Below are positions 19,939-29,204 of a stretch of 64,000 bases of DNA, piece by piece. The notes beneath the pieces are model-generated. The model did no database searches, was not told where the DNA came from, and saw only the letters and a program-made list of their open reading frames with translations. Numbering within the stretch: position 1 is the first letter of the stretch; each line of letters begins with the position of its first letter. This DNA is from a virus (Duplodnaviria > Caudoviricetes), in IMG/VR virus record IMGVR_UViG_3300033074_000984; one strand, 5' to 3'. The position numbers and the translations under genes are program-made.

Positions 19939-21002
19939 AAATCGCTCTTCTTTCGGACACGCACTGGGGAGCTAGGGGAGACTCTGCAGCGTTCTCTCGG
20001 TACTTCTCAAGGTTCTATCGAGAGGTCTTCTTTCCAGAGCTGAAACGCCGAGGGATAACTCGAATATTTCACCTGGGCGACCTGGTTGACCGTAGGAAGT
20101 ACATCAACTTCAAGACGCTTCGAGACGTTCGTGAGACGTTCGTAGACGAGTGTCTTCGATGCGGCTACTCTCTAGACCTCATTGTCGGCAATCACGACAC
20201 TCACTACAAGAACACCAACGAGCTCAACGCAGTTCGGGAGCTGTTCGGCGCGTACCCCATAGCGATTCACTCCTCTCCGACAGAGGTTGACCTCGACGGA
20301 CTCAAGGTCGCCCTTGTTCCGTGGGTGTGCGCTGAGAACGTCGTCGAGACGTACGAACTACTGGAGAAGACAGATGCGCAGGTCGTGTTCGGCCACCTCG
20401 AGCTCGCCGGGTTCGAGATGTACAGGGGGGTCTCGAGGCCAGAGGGCGTCGACCCATCTCTATACTCTCGTTTTGATCTCGTGCTTAGCGGCCACTATCA
20501 TCACAAGTCTTCTAGGGGCGGGATTCATTACCTTGGTGCTCCTTATGAGCTCACTTGGTCTGACTACAATGACGCCCGAGGGTTTCACGTACTCGATACA
20601 GAGACTCGCGAGCTGGAGTACGTTCAGAACCCACTCAGGATCCACAGAAAGCTCTTTTACGACGACAAGGGAAAGCGACTCGCAGAGCTAGAGCCGGTGC
20701 CGAGCGACCTTCAAGACTGCGTCGTTCGCGTCGTGACGAAGAGCCGTACGAACCCGATATGGTTCGAGAACTACACAGACGCTATTCTCGCTCAAGACCC
20801 TCAGTCTCTGTCTGTCGTTGAAGACAATCACGGTGCAGACATGGTGTCTGACAGAGAGCTGGCAGAGGACGTGGAAGACACACCGACGATGATCCACTCT
20901 TATCTCGCCGCCATGAGAATGGACGAAGACGTCAGGCCACTCACCGAGTCTATCATAGCTGGGCTGTACGAGGAGGCCCTCAACATCGCGGCTCGTGAAT
21001 GA
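19935..21002 (+). CDS. 47: Recombination endonuclease gp47 (Mre11/SbcD-like)
   Basis: SDTHWG, HLGDLVDRRK, GNHD, SGHYH. Confidence 0.95.
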   Translation: MKIALLSDTHWGARGDSAAFSRYFSRFYREVFFPELKRRGITRIFHLGDLVDRRKYINFKTLRDVRETFVDECLRCGYSLDLIVGNHDTHYKNTNELNAVRELFGAYPIAIHSSPTEVDLDGLKVALVPWVCAENVVETYELLEKTDAQVVFGHLELAGFEMYRGVSRPEGVDPSLYSRFDLVLSGHYHHKSSRGGIHYLGAPYELTWSDYNDARGFHVLDTETRELEYVQNPLRIHRKLFYDDKGKRLAELEPVPSDLQDCVVRVVTKSRTNPIWFENYTDAILAQDPQSLSVVEDNHGADMVSDRELAEDVEDTPTMIHSYLAAMRMDEDVRPLTESIIAGLYEEALNIAARE

Positions 21003-22711
21003 TCATCTTTAGGTCCATACGTTGGAAGAACTTTCTTTCGACCGGTAACGCGTGGACGGAGGTTCGCCTCGACGCTGCTCCCACCACGCTCATCGTAGGT
21101 AAGAACGGCTCTGGCAAGAGCACGATGCTCGACGCTCTGATGTACGGTCTTTACGGCCGACCGTATCGAAAGGTCAAGCTTGGCAAGTTGCAGAATCGCG
21201 TGACGCGCAAGGGCCTAGAGGTCCAGGTGGAGCTTGAAACCAACGGCGCGAAGTACCTAGTGGTTCGGGGGATGAACCCAGCGATCTTCGAGGTCTACAA
21301 GAACGACGCGCTCGTTTATCAAGACAGCGACAAGAGAGACTATCAACAGGTCTTTGAGCGATCCGTCTTGAAGATGAACCACAAGTCGTTCTCTCAGGTC
21401 GTGGTGCTGGGTAGCGCCGGTTACGTGCCGTTCATGAGTCTTCCAGCTGGTGATCGCAGACGTGTCGTCGAGGACCTCCTTGACATCGAGATCTTCAGCG
21501 TCATGAACGCGCTGCTACGTGGCGCGATAACAGAGCTTGAGCGAGAGCTCTCTAGTGCAGAGAGCTCTCGACGCATTAACGCTGAGCGCCTGGCTGTAGC
21601 TAGGGAGCACGCTAACAAGACGTTCGAGAGCATCGAACGCGTCATATCGTCTCGTGAGAGCGCTCTTGCGTCTGTAGAGAGCGAGATAGCGGAGAGCGAG
21701 GGCGATCGCGTGAAGCTGTCTTCAGAGCGAGACGAGCTCTTAAGGCTCACCGCAGACGGAACCGCCGTCTCCGAGAACGTCAGACGGTTTGGCGAGCTCG
21801 AGCGCTCCATGTCAAAGAAGAGGAGAGACGTCAAGAAGAAGATCTCCTTCTTTTCAGAGAGCACTGCGTGTCCGACGTGCACTCAAGAGATCGACGACGA
21901 GTTTCGTGAGTCACGGGTGCTCGCGCTTGGCGATCATGACGAAGAGCTAGAGCTTGGTCAGGAGAAGCTTCGCGCTGAGATAGCACGACTGGTTCTGAGA
22001 CAGAACGAGATCAGTAGCCTCGTGACAAGAGCTTCAGCTGTCTCCAGACAGATAACCACGTTAGAGACGAAGGAGAGGATGCTACGCGCCAGGCTTGAGG
22101 AGATTCGGGCTGAGATAGAAGAGGCCCGTGCTCAGATTCTATCTCAGGTTGGTGAAGACCGTACCGGTGAGATCGAGGCGGCTTTGAGAGAGGACGAGAG
22201 ACGCATAACAGAGCTGTCTACTCGCCGTCGCGCCCAGGCAGTCGCTGAGCAGGCGCTTCACGACGGAGGCATAAAGGCTCGAATAATCTCACGCTACATC
22301 CCCGTCATCAACAAGCTGATCAACAAGTACCTCGCTGCGTTAGAGTTCGTATGCAGCTTTAACCTCGATGAGGAGTTTAGGGAGAGCATCCGCGTCAACG
22401 GTCAGGACGGCGAGTCGTACAACTCGTTCTCTGAGGGTGAGAAGTTCAGAATGAACGTCGCTATCCTCTTTACATGGCGATCACTGGCTGCGATGCGTAG
22501 CAGCTCAGACACCAACCTCCTGATAATGGACGAGATCCTTAACAGCGCGCTCGACGAGGAGGGCACTGAAGAGTTTTTTAAGTTGCTGAACCAGTTGACA
22601 AAGGGAACGAACACGTTCATAATATCGCACGGGATGGAGACTGACAAGTTTCCGGTGATACTCTCTTTTGAGAAGACCAGTGGTTTTTCTAAGATGACGG
22701 AGTCGGAATGA
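20999..22711 (+). CDS. 46: Recombination ATPase gp46 (Rad50/SbcC-like)
   Basis: KNFLSTGN, GKNGSGKST, CPTC hook, FSEGEK, LIMDE. Confidence 0.95.
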   Translation: MIIFRSIRWKNFLSTGNAWTEVRLDAAPTTLIVGKNGSGKSTMLDALMYGLYGRPYRKVKLGKLQNRVTRKGLEVQVELETNGAKYLVVRGMNPAIFEVYKNDALVYQDSDKRDYQQVFERSVLKMNHKSFSQVVVLGSAGYVPFMSLPAGDRRRVVEDLLDIEIFSVMNALLRGAITELERELSSAESSRRINAERLAVAREHANKTFESIERVISSRESALASVESEIAESEGDRVKLSSERDELLRLTADGTAVSENVRRFGELERSMSKKRRDVKKKISFFSESTACPTCTQEIDDEFRESRVLALGDHDEELELGQEKLRAEIARLVLRQNEISSLVTRASAVSRQITTLETKERMLRARLEEIRAEIEEARAQILSQVGEDRTGEIEAALREDERRITELSTRRRAQAVAEQALHDGGIKARIISRYIPVINKLINKYLAALEFVCSFNLDEEFRESIRVNGQDGESYNSFSEGEKFRMNVAILFTWRSLAAMRSSSDTNLLIMDEILNSALDEEGTEEFFKLLNQLTKGTNTFIISHGMETDKFPVILSFEKTSGFSKMTESE

Positions 22712-23163
22712 CCAATACGAAGATCTACATCGCTGCCCCGCTCTTCACCTTTGGAGAGCGAACGCAGAACATGGTTCTCGGTGACGCACTCGTGAAGCTC
22801 GGCTACGAGGTGTATCTGCCTCAGTACCTTGACATCGAGGGCCGGACCGGCGCGTTCGTCTCCAGCAAGCTGAGATCGGCCATTAACGAAGCCGACGTGA
22901 TCGTCGCTTGCATGGATGCAGAGGATAACGGCACCGCGTGGGAGATGGGCTACGCATTCGACAAGTGCCTCATCATCTCTTACTACACGAACGTCAAGTT
23001 CGAGCCGATCGGCGGCATCGACTCTCCGTTCAACTGCATGAACTATTACGGCTCTGATCGCGTCATTGACGCGAGGGCTCTTGACATCGACGAGCTAGCG
23101 GCTGCGATCTCTGACGCTATCGAGTCTGGTCTTGATAAGTGGGGTGCCGGTGGACGCGCATGA
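22708..23163 (+). CDS. Nucleoside 2-deoxyribosyltransferase / nucleotide N-glycosidase family protein
   Basis: IYIAAPLF, VYLPQ, D.GTAWEMGYA, N.M. Confidence 0.85.
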   Translation: MTNTKIYIAAPLFTFGERTQNMVLGDALVKLGYEVYLPQYLDIEGRTGAFVSSKLRSAINEADVIVACMDAEDNGTAWEMGYAFDKCLIISYYTNVKFEPIGGIDSPFNCMNYYGSDRVIDARALDIDELAAAISDAIESGLDKWGAGGRA

Positions 23164-23533
23164 GCTCGATAGAGACCTTCGGAGTCTAGAACGTCGCGCT
23201 GAAGAGGTGTTTGCAGCAGCTGTCTGTACAGACGACGACGAGACCTACGCGTTCGTTAGAGCTCTAGAGCCGTATCTCAAGCGATGGGGGACGTACGTTC
23301 CTCCGTTGAGAGTCACTGTTAAAGAGTCTGACGGCTCGATTCGAGAGCTCTCTACCTTTGAGATTCAGAGCGTCGTGTCTCATTGGAGACACGTCGGTCA
23401 TCTCGACGAGAACGAGAACTTGGAGTGGGACGTGTACTCCTGCACCTTTAGGGGGCCAAACGGTCTTCTGGAGCTTCAGTACGACTACCTGCTCAAGAGA
23501 GCTACGATACGGAGCAAGCGATGCGCCTCTTGA
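23132..23533 (+). CDS. Hypothetical protein
   Basis: ORF overlapping both neighbours; start uncertain. Confidence 0.5.
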   Translation: MISGVPVDAHELDRDLRSLERRAEEVFAAAVCTDDDETYAFVRALEPYLKRWGTYVPPLRVTVKESDGSIRELSTFEIQSVVSHWRHVGHLDENENLEWDVYSCTFRGPNGLLELQYDYLLKRATIRSKRCAS

Positions 23534-24042
23534 GCATGAACAGTGACGTCTTACGTACGCCGTGCGCACCCTTCAACTTCGCCGACCCGCCGTTTGATCC
23601 CGTGGCGTACGCTAAAGAGCTAGCGAAGCTCATGCTCGACAGCAACGGCATCGGGCTGTCTGCTAACCAGACAGCCAGCGACTTTGACACGTCTCCCGAG
23701 CATCGCTTCGCCGTGTTCGCACTCGCTGCAGAGCCTAACATCGTCTGTTATAACCCACGCGTAGTGCACTGGGGCTCTGAGCAGGTCCTCCTCGAAGAGG
23801 GCTGTCTTAGCTTTCCAGGCTTGATAGTCAAGGTGTCCAGGCCACGAGACGTCAGAGTGAGGTACCAGACGCCCAACGGCGAGACTGAGTCTAGGTTCCT
23901 TACAGGAATGACTGCGAGAGCCTTTCAGCACGAGCTAGATCATCTTAGCGGAGTGCTGTTCTTTGACAGGGCTTCTAGGATGAATCGTGATCGAGCGATG
24001 CGAAGGTGGGACAGGAGCAGACAGAGTGGGAAGTTATCTTAA
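23521..24042 (+). CDS. def: Peptide deformylase
   Basis: GIGLSANQ, EGCLS, QHELDHL. Confidence 0.95.
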   Translation: MRLLSMNSDVLRTPCAPFNFADPPFDPVAYAKELAKLMLDSNGIGLSANQTASDFDTSPEHRFAVFALAAEPNIVCYNPRVVHWGSEQVLLEEGCLSFPGLIVKVSRPRDVRVRYQTPNGETESRFLTGMTARAFQHELDHLSGVLFFDRASRMNRDRAMRRWDRSRQSGKLS

Positions 24043-24212
24043 GCACAGCAACGTGTCTGTCGCGATAGACCTCAATCCCTATCAGTGGAGAGTGCACGTG
24101 GCGTACTCTCCGCCTGTAGGAAAGGGGTTTGACGCGCACCGCAGCTTCTTTCTGTTGCGCGTGTTGTTCTTGCGTGTTATGATAGTCATAGACAACGGAG
24201 AGGCAAAAGAGC

Positions 24213-24626
24213 TTGAGTAAAGACTGGGTAGCGGACGTCTCTGAGATGTCCGAGAAGTTTAAGGTGTTCGACCGAGTTCGATCTATGGACAGTGAAACGC
24301 TGAGAGAGTTCTTTCAGCTGCGGCTGCGCATGATCCAGGAAGAGGTCGACGAGATTCGTGACGCTGAAACGGGCGAAGACGTCCTTGACGGTCTCATTGA
24401 CCTCGCTGTGTTCACGATCGGCGCGTTGGTGCTGTTCGACGCCGAGGCTTACGAGGCCTGGAACCGGGTTCACGCCGCCAACATGGCGAAGATGCCTGGC
24501 GTCAAGCCTGGTCGGCCGAACCCCTTGGGTTTGCCCGACCTTATCAAGCCACCAGGCTGGGAGTCGCCGAGAGTCGACGGGCTCGCTGGCAGACTCGTAG
24601 AGCTGTTTTCTGGAGAAGACTCATGA
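24213..24626 (+). CDS. MazG-like NTP pyrophosphohydrolase (possible dCTPase)
   Basis: IQEEVDE..DGLIDL, W.RVH.ANM.K, DLIKPPGW. Confidence 0.75.
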   Translation: MSKDWVADVSEMSEKFKVFDRVRSMDSETLREFFQLRLRMIQEEVDEIRDAETGEDVLDGLIDLAVFTIGALVLFDAEAYEAWNRVHAANMAKMPGVKPGRPNPLGLPDLIKPPGWESPRVDGLAGRLVELFSGEDS

Positions 24627-25147
24627 CGGAATGGACCACTGAGTTCACTGCTTCCAAAGCAGGTCTTACGGCGCTTAAGAACGAGAGACACAAGGAGTTT
24701 CTTGAAGTGATCGAGGCCGCTGACCCTAACAGAGAGGACCCGTGGTTCGCTCGATACGCTGAGATGGTTCGTACGGGCGACTACGCTCGTGAGTCTGTTC
24801 GAGTGCTTGCAGAGTGCGGTGCGCTTCAGGTGCAGAAGGACCATGACTATCAGAACGCCGCCTCAAGCGTTCGACAAGCGATGCACTATCGCCGGGGGGT
24901 GTCAACGATCTTTGACATGATCTGGCAGAAGCTGCTTCGGGCCAGGTCCATCATAGAGGCGTATGAGGCTGACTCGAGCTTCGTTCCCTCTAACGAAGCT
25001 CTTGAAGACACGTTTCGAGACGCCATCAACTACCTCTCCTTTGCAATATCCTACATGAGGGGCAAGATGGATGGTCAAGAGCTGAACGTGGGTCTCGACG
25101 CGTTCAATCGTCCGGTGGAGGGTAACGAGTGCTCGAGCCGCACGTAG
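24623..25147 (+). CDS. Nucleotide-modification-associated all-alpha protein (DUF1599-like)
   Basis: K.HDY, K..RA.S, EALEDTFRDAINY. Confidence 0.6.
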   Translation: MTEWTTEFTASKAGLTALKNERHKEFLEVIEAADPNREDPWFARYAEMVRTGDYARESVRVLAECGALQVQKDHDYQNAASSVRQAMHYRRGVSTIFDMIWQKLLRARSIIEAYEADSSFVPSNEALEDTFRDAINYLSFAISYMRGKMDGQELNVGLDAFNRPVEGNECSSRT

Positions 25148-25875
25148 AAGACGTTAGAGAGCTGTTCGCTCGCAAGTTTGAGCACAATGAGTTCGTGATC
25201 GACAAGACGGGTGTACGCCTGGTTGAGGTTGTCGGCCGGTCGTTCGTCGCTGACGAAGATCACATCTTTGGTCTTCCAAACGAGAGCTATGTTCGTAGGG
25301 AGCTCGAGTGGTACGAGTCAATGTCTCTGAGCGTTGACGACATACCAGGTGGTCCTCCTAAGATCTGGAAAGAAGCGTCGTCCAAAGACGGTCGGTCGCT
25401 GATCAACTCGAACTACGGCTATCTCATATACTCTATGGAGAACTATGAGCAGTACAGGCACGTCTTTAAAGAGTTAAAGAGGTCACGCACTTCTCGACGA
25501 GCAGTGATGATCTACCAACGCCCGTCTATGTGGTACGACTACAATCGCGACGGTCGAAGCGACTTCATATGCACCAACGCTGTGTCTTATCTGATCCGTG
25601 ACGGAGCGCTCGACGCAGTCGTTCAGATGCGATCGAACGACGCATGGGCCGGCTATCGAAACGACCACGCGTGGCAGCGGCACGTCCTAGAGAAGCTAGC
25701 GCAAGACCTGGATGTGGACGTCGGCGTTATTCACTGGAACGCGGCGAGTCTCCATCTGTACGAGCATCAGTTCTATCTCTTGCGTCATTATGTCGAGACC
25801 GGCGAAGACGCCATCACCAAGGCGCGTTACGTCGAGCTCTATGGAGACGACAGTTGGGCATCAAACGCGTCTTAG
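25129..25875 (+). CDS. 42: dCMP hydroxymethyltransferase (T4 gp42 homolog)
   Basis: VIDKTGV, RELEWY, INSNYG, SDFICTN, MRSND, RND with the Asp that specifies dCMP. Confidence 0.93.
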   Translation: MLEPHVEDVRELFARKFEHNEFVIDKTGVRLVEVVGRSFVADEDHIFGLPNESYVRRELEWYESMSLSVDDIPGGPPKIWKEASSKDGRSLINSNYGYLIYSMENYEQYRHVFKELKRSRTSRRAVMIYQRPSMWYDYNRDGRSDFICTNAVSYLIRDGALDAVVQMRSNDAWAGYRNDHAWQRHVLEKLAQDLDVDVGVIHWNAASLHLYEHQFYLLRHYVETGEDAITKARYVELYGDDSWASNAS

Positions 25876-26402
25876 AGCGTCTCTTTAAACGACGCTCTTC
25901 TAACGTCTTTTCAGACCCTATCGAGGCGGTGCTTGCCAGGAGCGAGCCGTCAAAGTGGGACAAGCGGTTTCTAGAGATAGCGAAGCTCGTATCGACGTGG
26001 TCTAAGGACCCGTCGACCGGTGTCGGAGCGGTTTACGTCTCTCCAGAGAGACGTCTCCTCTCTATCGGCTACAACGGCTTTCCACGGGACATGCCAGACA
26101 ACGACTTGTTCTATCACGACCGCGACGAGAAGCTTGCTAGGACGGTGCACGCTGAGAAGAACGGCATCTACAACGCCACAGAGAACGGCGTGTCGCTGAA
26201 GGGCTCGACGCTGTACGTCTATGGGTGCCAGGTGTGCCACCTGTGCTCTCTTGGAGTCATGCAGGTCGGTGTCAAGCGAGTCGTTGTCGCGTACCCTCGA
26301 TCCAAGGTGAAGACAGAATGGCAGCAGAGTACCGAGAGAACCAGGAGCTACTTCCGGGGTGCCGGTATAGAGTACGTGGAGACGGTGATCGAAGGCGAGT
26401 GA
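25854..26402 (+). CDS. cd: dCMP deaminase
   Basis: SKDPSTGVGAV, GYNGFP, HAEKN, VCHLC; TTG start after GGAG. Confidence 0.9.
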   Translation: MGIKRVLERLFKRRSSNVFSDPIEAVLARSEPSKWDKRFLEIAKLVSTWSKDPSTGVGAVYVSPERRLLSIGYNGFPRDMPDNDLFYHDRDEKLARTVHAEKNGIYNATENGVSLKGSTLYVYGCQVCHLCSLGVMQVGVKRVVVAYPRSKVKTEWQQSTERTRSYFRGAGIEYVETVIEGE

Positions 26403-26779
26403 TTGTCGTCGGCATCAACCCGTCATCTGCTCGCTCTATCACTGCTGGCAGCACCCTAGCTAGGGTGCATAGGTGGATGACTTATTGTGGTGAGACGACG
26501 TATGACTTTACGAACGTCGTCTTGACTCCAGGCGACTACTCAAGAGGCATGGTCGACTTTGGCGACCTCTCTCGTAGCGTATCAGGGTACGAGCGAGTGG
26601 TGGCTCTTGGTGACTTTGTAAGCTACTGTCTGATGCGTGCAGGCGTAGATCACTACGTCGCGCCTCACCCTTCTGGTCGCAACAGGAAGATGAACGACCA
26701 ATGCTTCGTTACCGTTCAGATCGAGGGCTTGCGAGCATACCTAGAGGTGAGCGAACCGTTGAGAGCATTGAATGATTGA
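26399..26779 (+). CDS. Small uracil-DNA-glycosylase-superfamily-like protein
   Basis: VVGINPS, VVALG, PHPSGRNR. Confidence 0.65.
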   Translation: MIVVGINPSSARSITAGSTLARVHRWMTYCGETTYDFTNVVLTPGDYSRGMVDFGDLSRSVSGYERVVALGDFVSYCLMRAGVDHYVAPHPSGRNRKMNDQCFVTVQIEGLRAYLEVSEPLRALND

Positions 26780-27599
26780 AGCCATTTACGTTCCGACCTG
26801 GCGCAGGCCGACACAGCACACTGTAGAGCAGCTTCCTCAAAAGTGGCGCGACATCACGCGGCTCGTGGTTGACGAGCGCGATCGCGACATGCACGAGGCT
26901 GCTGGCTACAACACGCTGTTGTGTGACGTGCAGGGCCAAGGCCCAGCGATAGTGCGAGAGTGGATATGCCACCACGCTCGTGACAACGGCGTCGAGAAGT
27001 ACGGCGTGTTTGACGACGACATCTGCAGCTTCGCCTACACGAGACTCGCCACCGAGAAGGACAAGTACCCCCAGTGGAACACGCGTCTTGAGCCAGAGGG
27101 CTTCGACGTCATGTTCTCTGTTCTAGACGAGTGGCTCGACGAGTTCGTGACGTGTGGTCTGGACGTTCGCTGGAACCCCCCGAATGAGCGACCGTATCAC
27201 CAGAACTTCCGTCAGTCTGCGTCGCACTTCTACAACAGCCGCACTCTGCCGCTCGACAAGCTCGACTGGAACGACATCTGGGCAGCAGAGGACTTCAACG
27301 TTGTTCTCCAGCTGCTCACTATGGGCTACCAAAACCGAGTGGCCACCAGGTACAGGACTTGCCCGACACCGACACAGACGCCCGGGGGCATCACTGACCT
27401 ACGAACCGTCGAGCGGCATAACGAGAGCATGCGCCAGCTAAAGGCGAAGTTTCCTCGATTCGTTAGGCTCTACGAGAAGAAAGCCTCCTCGGGAGAGTGG
27501 GGCGGCATAACAAAGCTAGCGGCTGAGATATCATGGAAAGCCGCGTGGAAATCATCTCAAGAGAAGCGAGACGACGCTCTCGAGGAGCTGTTCGCGTAA
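26772..27599 (+). CDS. GT-A glycosyltransferase of the TET-associated / beta-glucosyl-hmC glucosyltransferase type
   Basis: IYVPTWRR, FDDDI, EDF..VLQLL..GY.N, PGG, L..KFP. Confidence 0.8.
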   Translation: MIEAIYVPTWRRPTQHTVEQLPQKWRDITRLVVDERDRDMHEAAGYNTLLCDVQGQGPAIVREWICHHARDNGVEKYGVFDDDICSFAYTRLATEKDKYPQWNTRLEPEGFDVMFSVLDEWLDEFVTCGLDVRWNPPNERPYHQNFRQSASHFYNSRTLPLDKLDWNDIWAAEDFNVVLQLLTMGYQNRVATRYRTCPTPTQTPGGITDLRTVERHNESMRQLKAKFPRFVRLYEKKASSGEWGGITKLAAEISWKAAWKSSQEKRDDALEELFA

Positions 27600-27642
27600 A
27601 GTTAACTGCTCTAGCACCACTCACTCGACTAGAAAGAGGCGA

Positions 27643-28845
27643 ATGAAGTACGTCGGAATCATCCCGCTCATCGGGGGCATGGACATCGCTCACGGCAAGG
27701 TGCTCGGTCATCGTCCCGAGTACCTCGTGTCGTGGACGCCGTTCTCCTCAAACGACTCGCACCTGGTGAACTACTACGAGGGTGAAGTTCCTTACGTGCT
27801 CGTTGATAACGGAGACAAGCGCCCGGCTGGTAAGATCGACGTGGTTCACAGCACCTGTCCCTGCGCCGGTCTGTCTACGCTCTCAAAGAAGGCCAGTCCA
27901 CTCAACCCAATAAATGAGTGGATGACGACGTGCGCAGAGTACGTCATGGGTGAGATGCGCCCAGAGGTGTACTGGGGAGAGAACGCTCCGGCGCTGTCTA
28001 CAGCGATGGGCACCCCTGTACGCGAGAAGATTCGAGAGGTCGGTAAGAAGCACGGGTACGTGATGTCTTGTTACAAGACCAAGTCGTTGCTTCACGGGGT
28101 GCCTCAGATTCGCGAGCGCACCTTTTACTTCTTCTGGCGCGGCAATCACGTTCCGCTACTCAACTACTACGCACGGCCGCACGTCAAGATCGAAGATCTT
28201 ATCAGCGCTCCACACGGCAACTTCCAGACAGAGCCCGTGCGTCCTGGTAAGATAACAGCCGACCCACTCTACACGTACGCTCGCGAGGCGCTTCTCGACG
28301 GCGCGTCTCATCGAGACATAGTCGCCGGGCTAGAAAAGACGACTCAGATACTGGACATCGTTCAGAGTCACGTGCCTGGTAAAGAGCCGGCTCAGGCGTT
28401 CTTGGACGCAGCTGACTGGCTTCGTGCGCATGACATGGAACGAACAGCCGCTTTCTGTGAACGCGTGTCAAAGAAGTTCGGCACAGACAGCGGCATGATG
28501 CGTAGGTCCATAAACCTGCCGAAGGACTATATCGGAGCCTTTGTCGGCTACCTGCCGACGAACGTCGCTCACCCAGTGGAGGACCGTCACCTCTCCTACA
28601 GGGAGTGCATGGCTATCATGGGTCTTCCAGACGACTTTGAGCTCTTGAGTCCCAAGCGCAACCTCAACCACGTCTGTCAGAACGTGCCCGTGGGCACCGC
28701 CAGCGACATGGTGGAGGAGGTTCGCGCGGCGCTCGAAGGAGAGCGGCCGAGGATACGAGCTGACTACGTGTTTCAGTCAAACCATCGCCAGACGCACGAG
28801 TCGCTCATTGATGACAAGCCAACCATAGAAGGGATCTTCTCATGA
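27643..28845 (+). CDS. Divergent C5 cytosine methyltransferase-like protein
   Basis: CPCAGLS (motif IV), GENAP (VI), GVPQIRERTF (VIII); motif I is PLIGG instead of FxGxGG. Confidence 0.75.
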   Translation: MKYVGIIPLIGGMDIAHGKVLGHRPEYLVSWTPFSSNDSHLVNYYEGEVPYVLVDNGDKRPAGKIDVVHSTCPCAGLSTLSKKASPLNPINEWMTTCAEYVMGEMRPEVYWGENAPALSTAMGTPVREKIREVGKKHGYVMSCYKTKSLLHGVPQIRERTFYFFWRGNHVPLLNYYARPHVKIEDLISAPHGNFQTEPVRPGKITADPLYTYAREALLDGASHRDIVAGLEKTTQILDIVQSHVPGKEPAQAFLDAADWLRAHDMERTAAFCERVSKKFGTDSGMMRRSINLPKDYIGAFVGYLPTNVAHPVEDRHLSYRECMAIMGLPDDFELLSPKRNLNHVCQNVPVGTASDMVEEVRAALEGERPRIRADYVFQSNHRQTHESLIDDKPTIEGIFS

Positions 28846-29204
28846 CGTTGCTACCGTCCCCAGACTCAGACAGCAAGGACTACGTCTTCAGTAACGGTCT
28901 CGAGCTCTCTAGAGAGGCCCTTACAGCGCCGTTCAAGTACAACGAGGGCAAGCTCGTGGGCGAGGTGCTTGACTACGTCGCGAGCACGTACGGCTCATAT
29001 TACGCGCGCGATCCCAACAAGACTCAGGCCATCGACCTTATCGAAGCGTCTGGCAACCTTCCAGGCTTCGCTAGCGGCAGCATCTTGAAGTACGCTACGC
29101 GACTCGGCAAGAAGTCGGGTACGACGCGTAGGTCTGATCTTATGAAGATCATTCACTATGCGCTGTTGCTTCTGAACTTCAATGAGGAGAGTTCAAAGAC
29201 GTGA
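28842..29204 (+). CDS. DUF3310-like protein
   Basis: FKYNE, STY..YY, GF..G.ILKYA.R.GKK, DLMKIIHY. Confidence 0.7.
   Translation: MTLLPSPDSDSKDYVFSNGLELSREALTAPFKYNEGKLVGEVLDYVASTYGSYYARDPNKTQAIDLIEASGNLPGFASGSILKYATRLGKKSGTTRRSDLMKIIHYALLLLNFNEESSKT

Noticed and set aside
25644-25853. N-terminal extension of dCMP deaminase in the ORF track
   Set aside because: Overlaps gp42 out of frame; TTG at 25854 with an RBS is the better start
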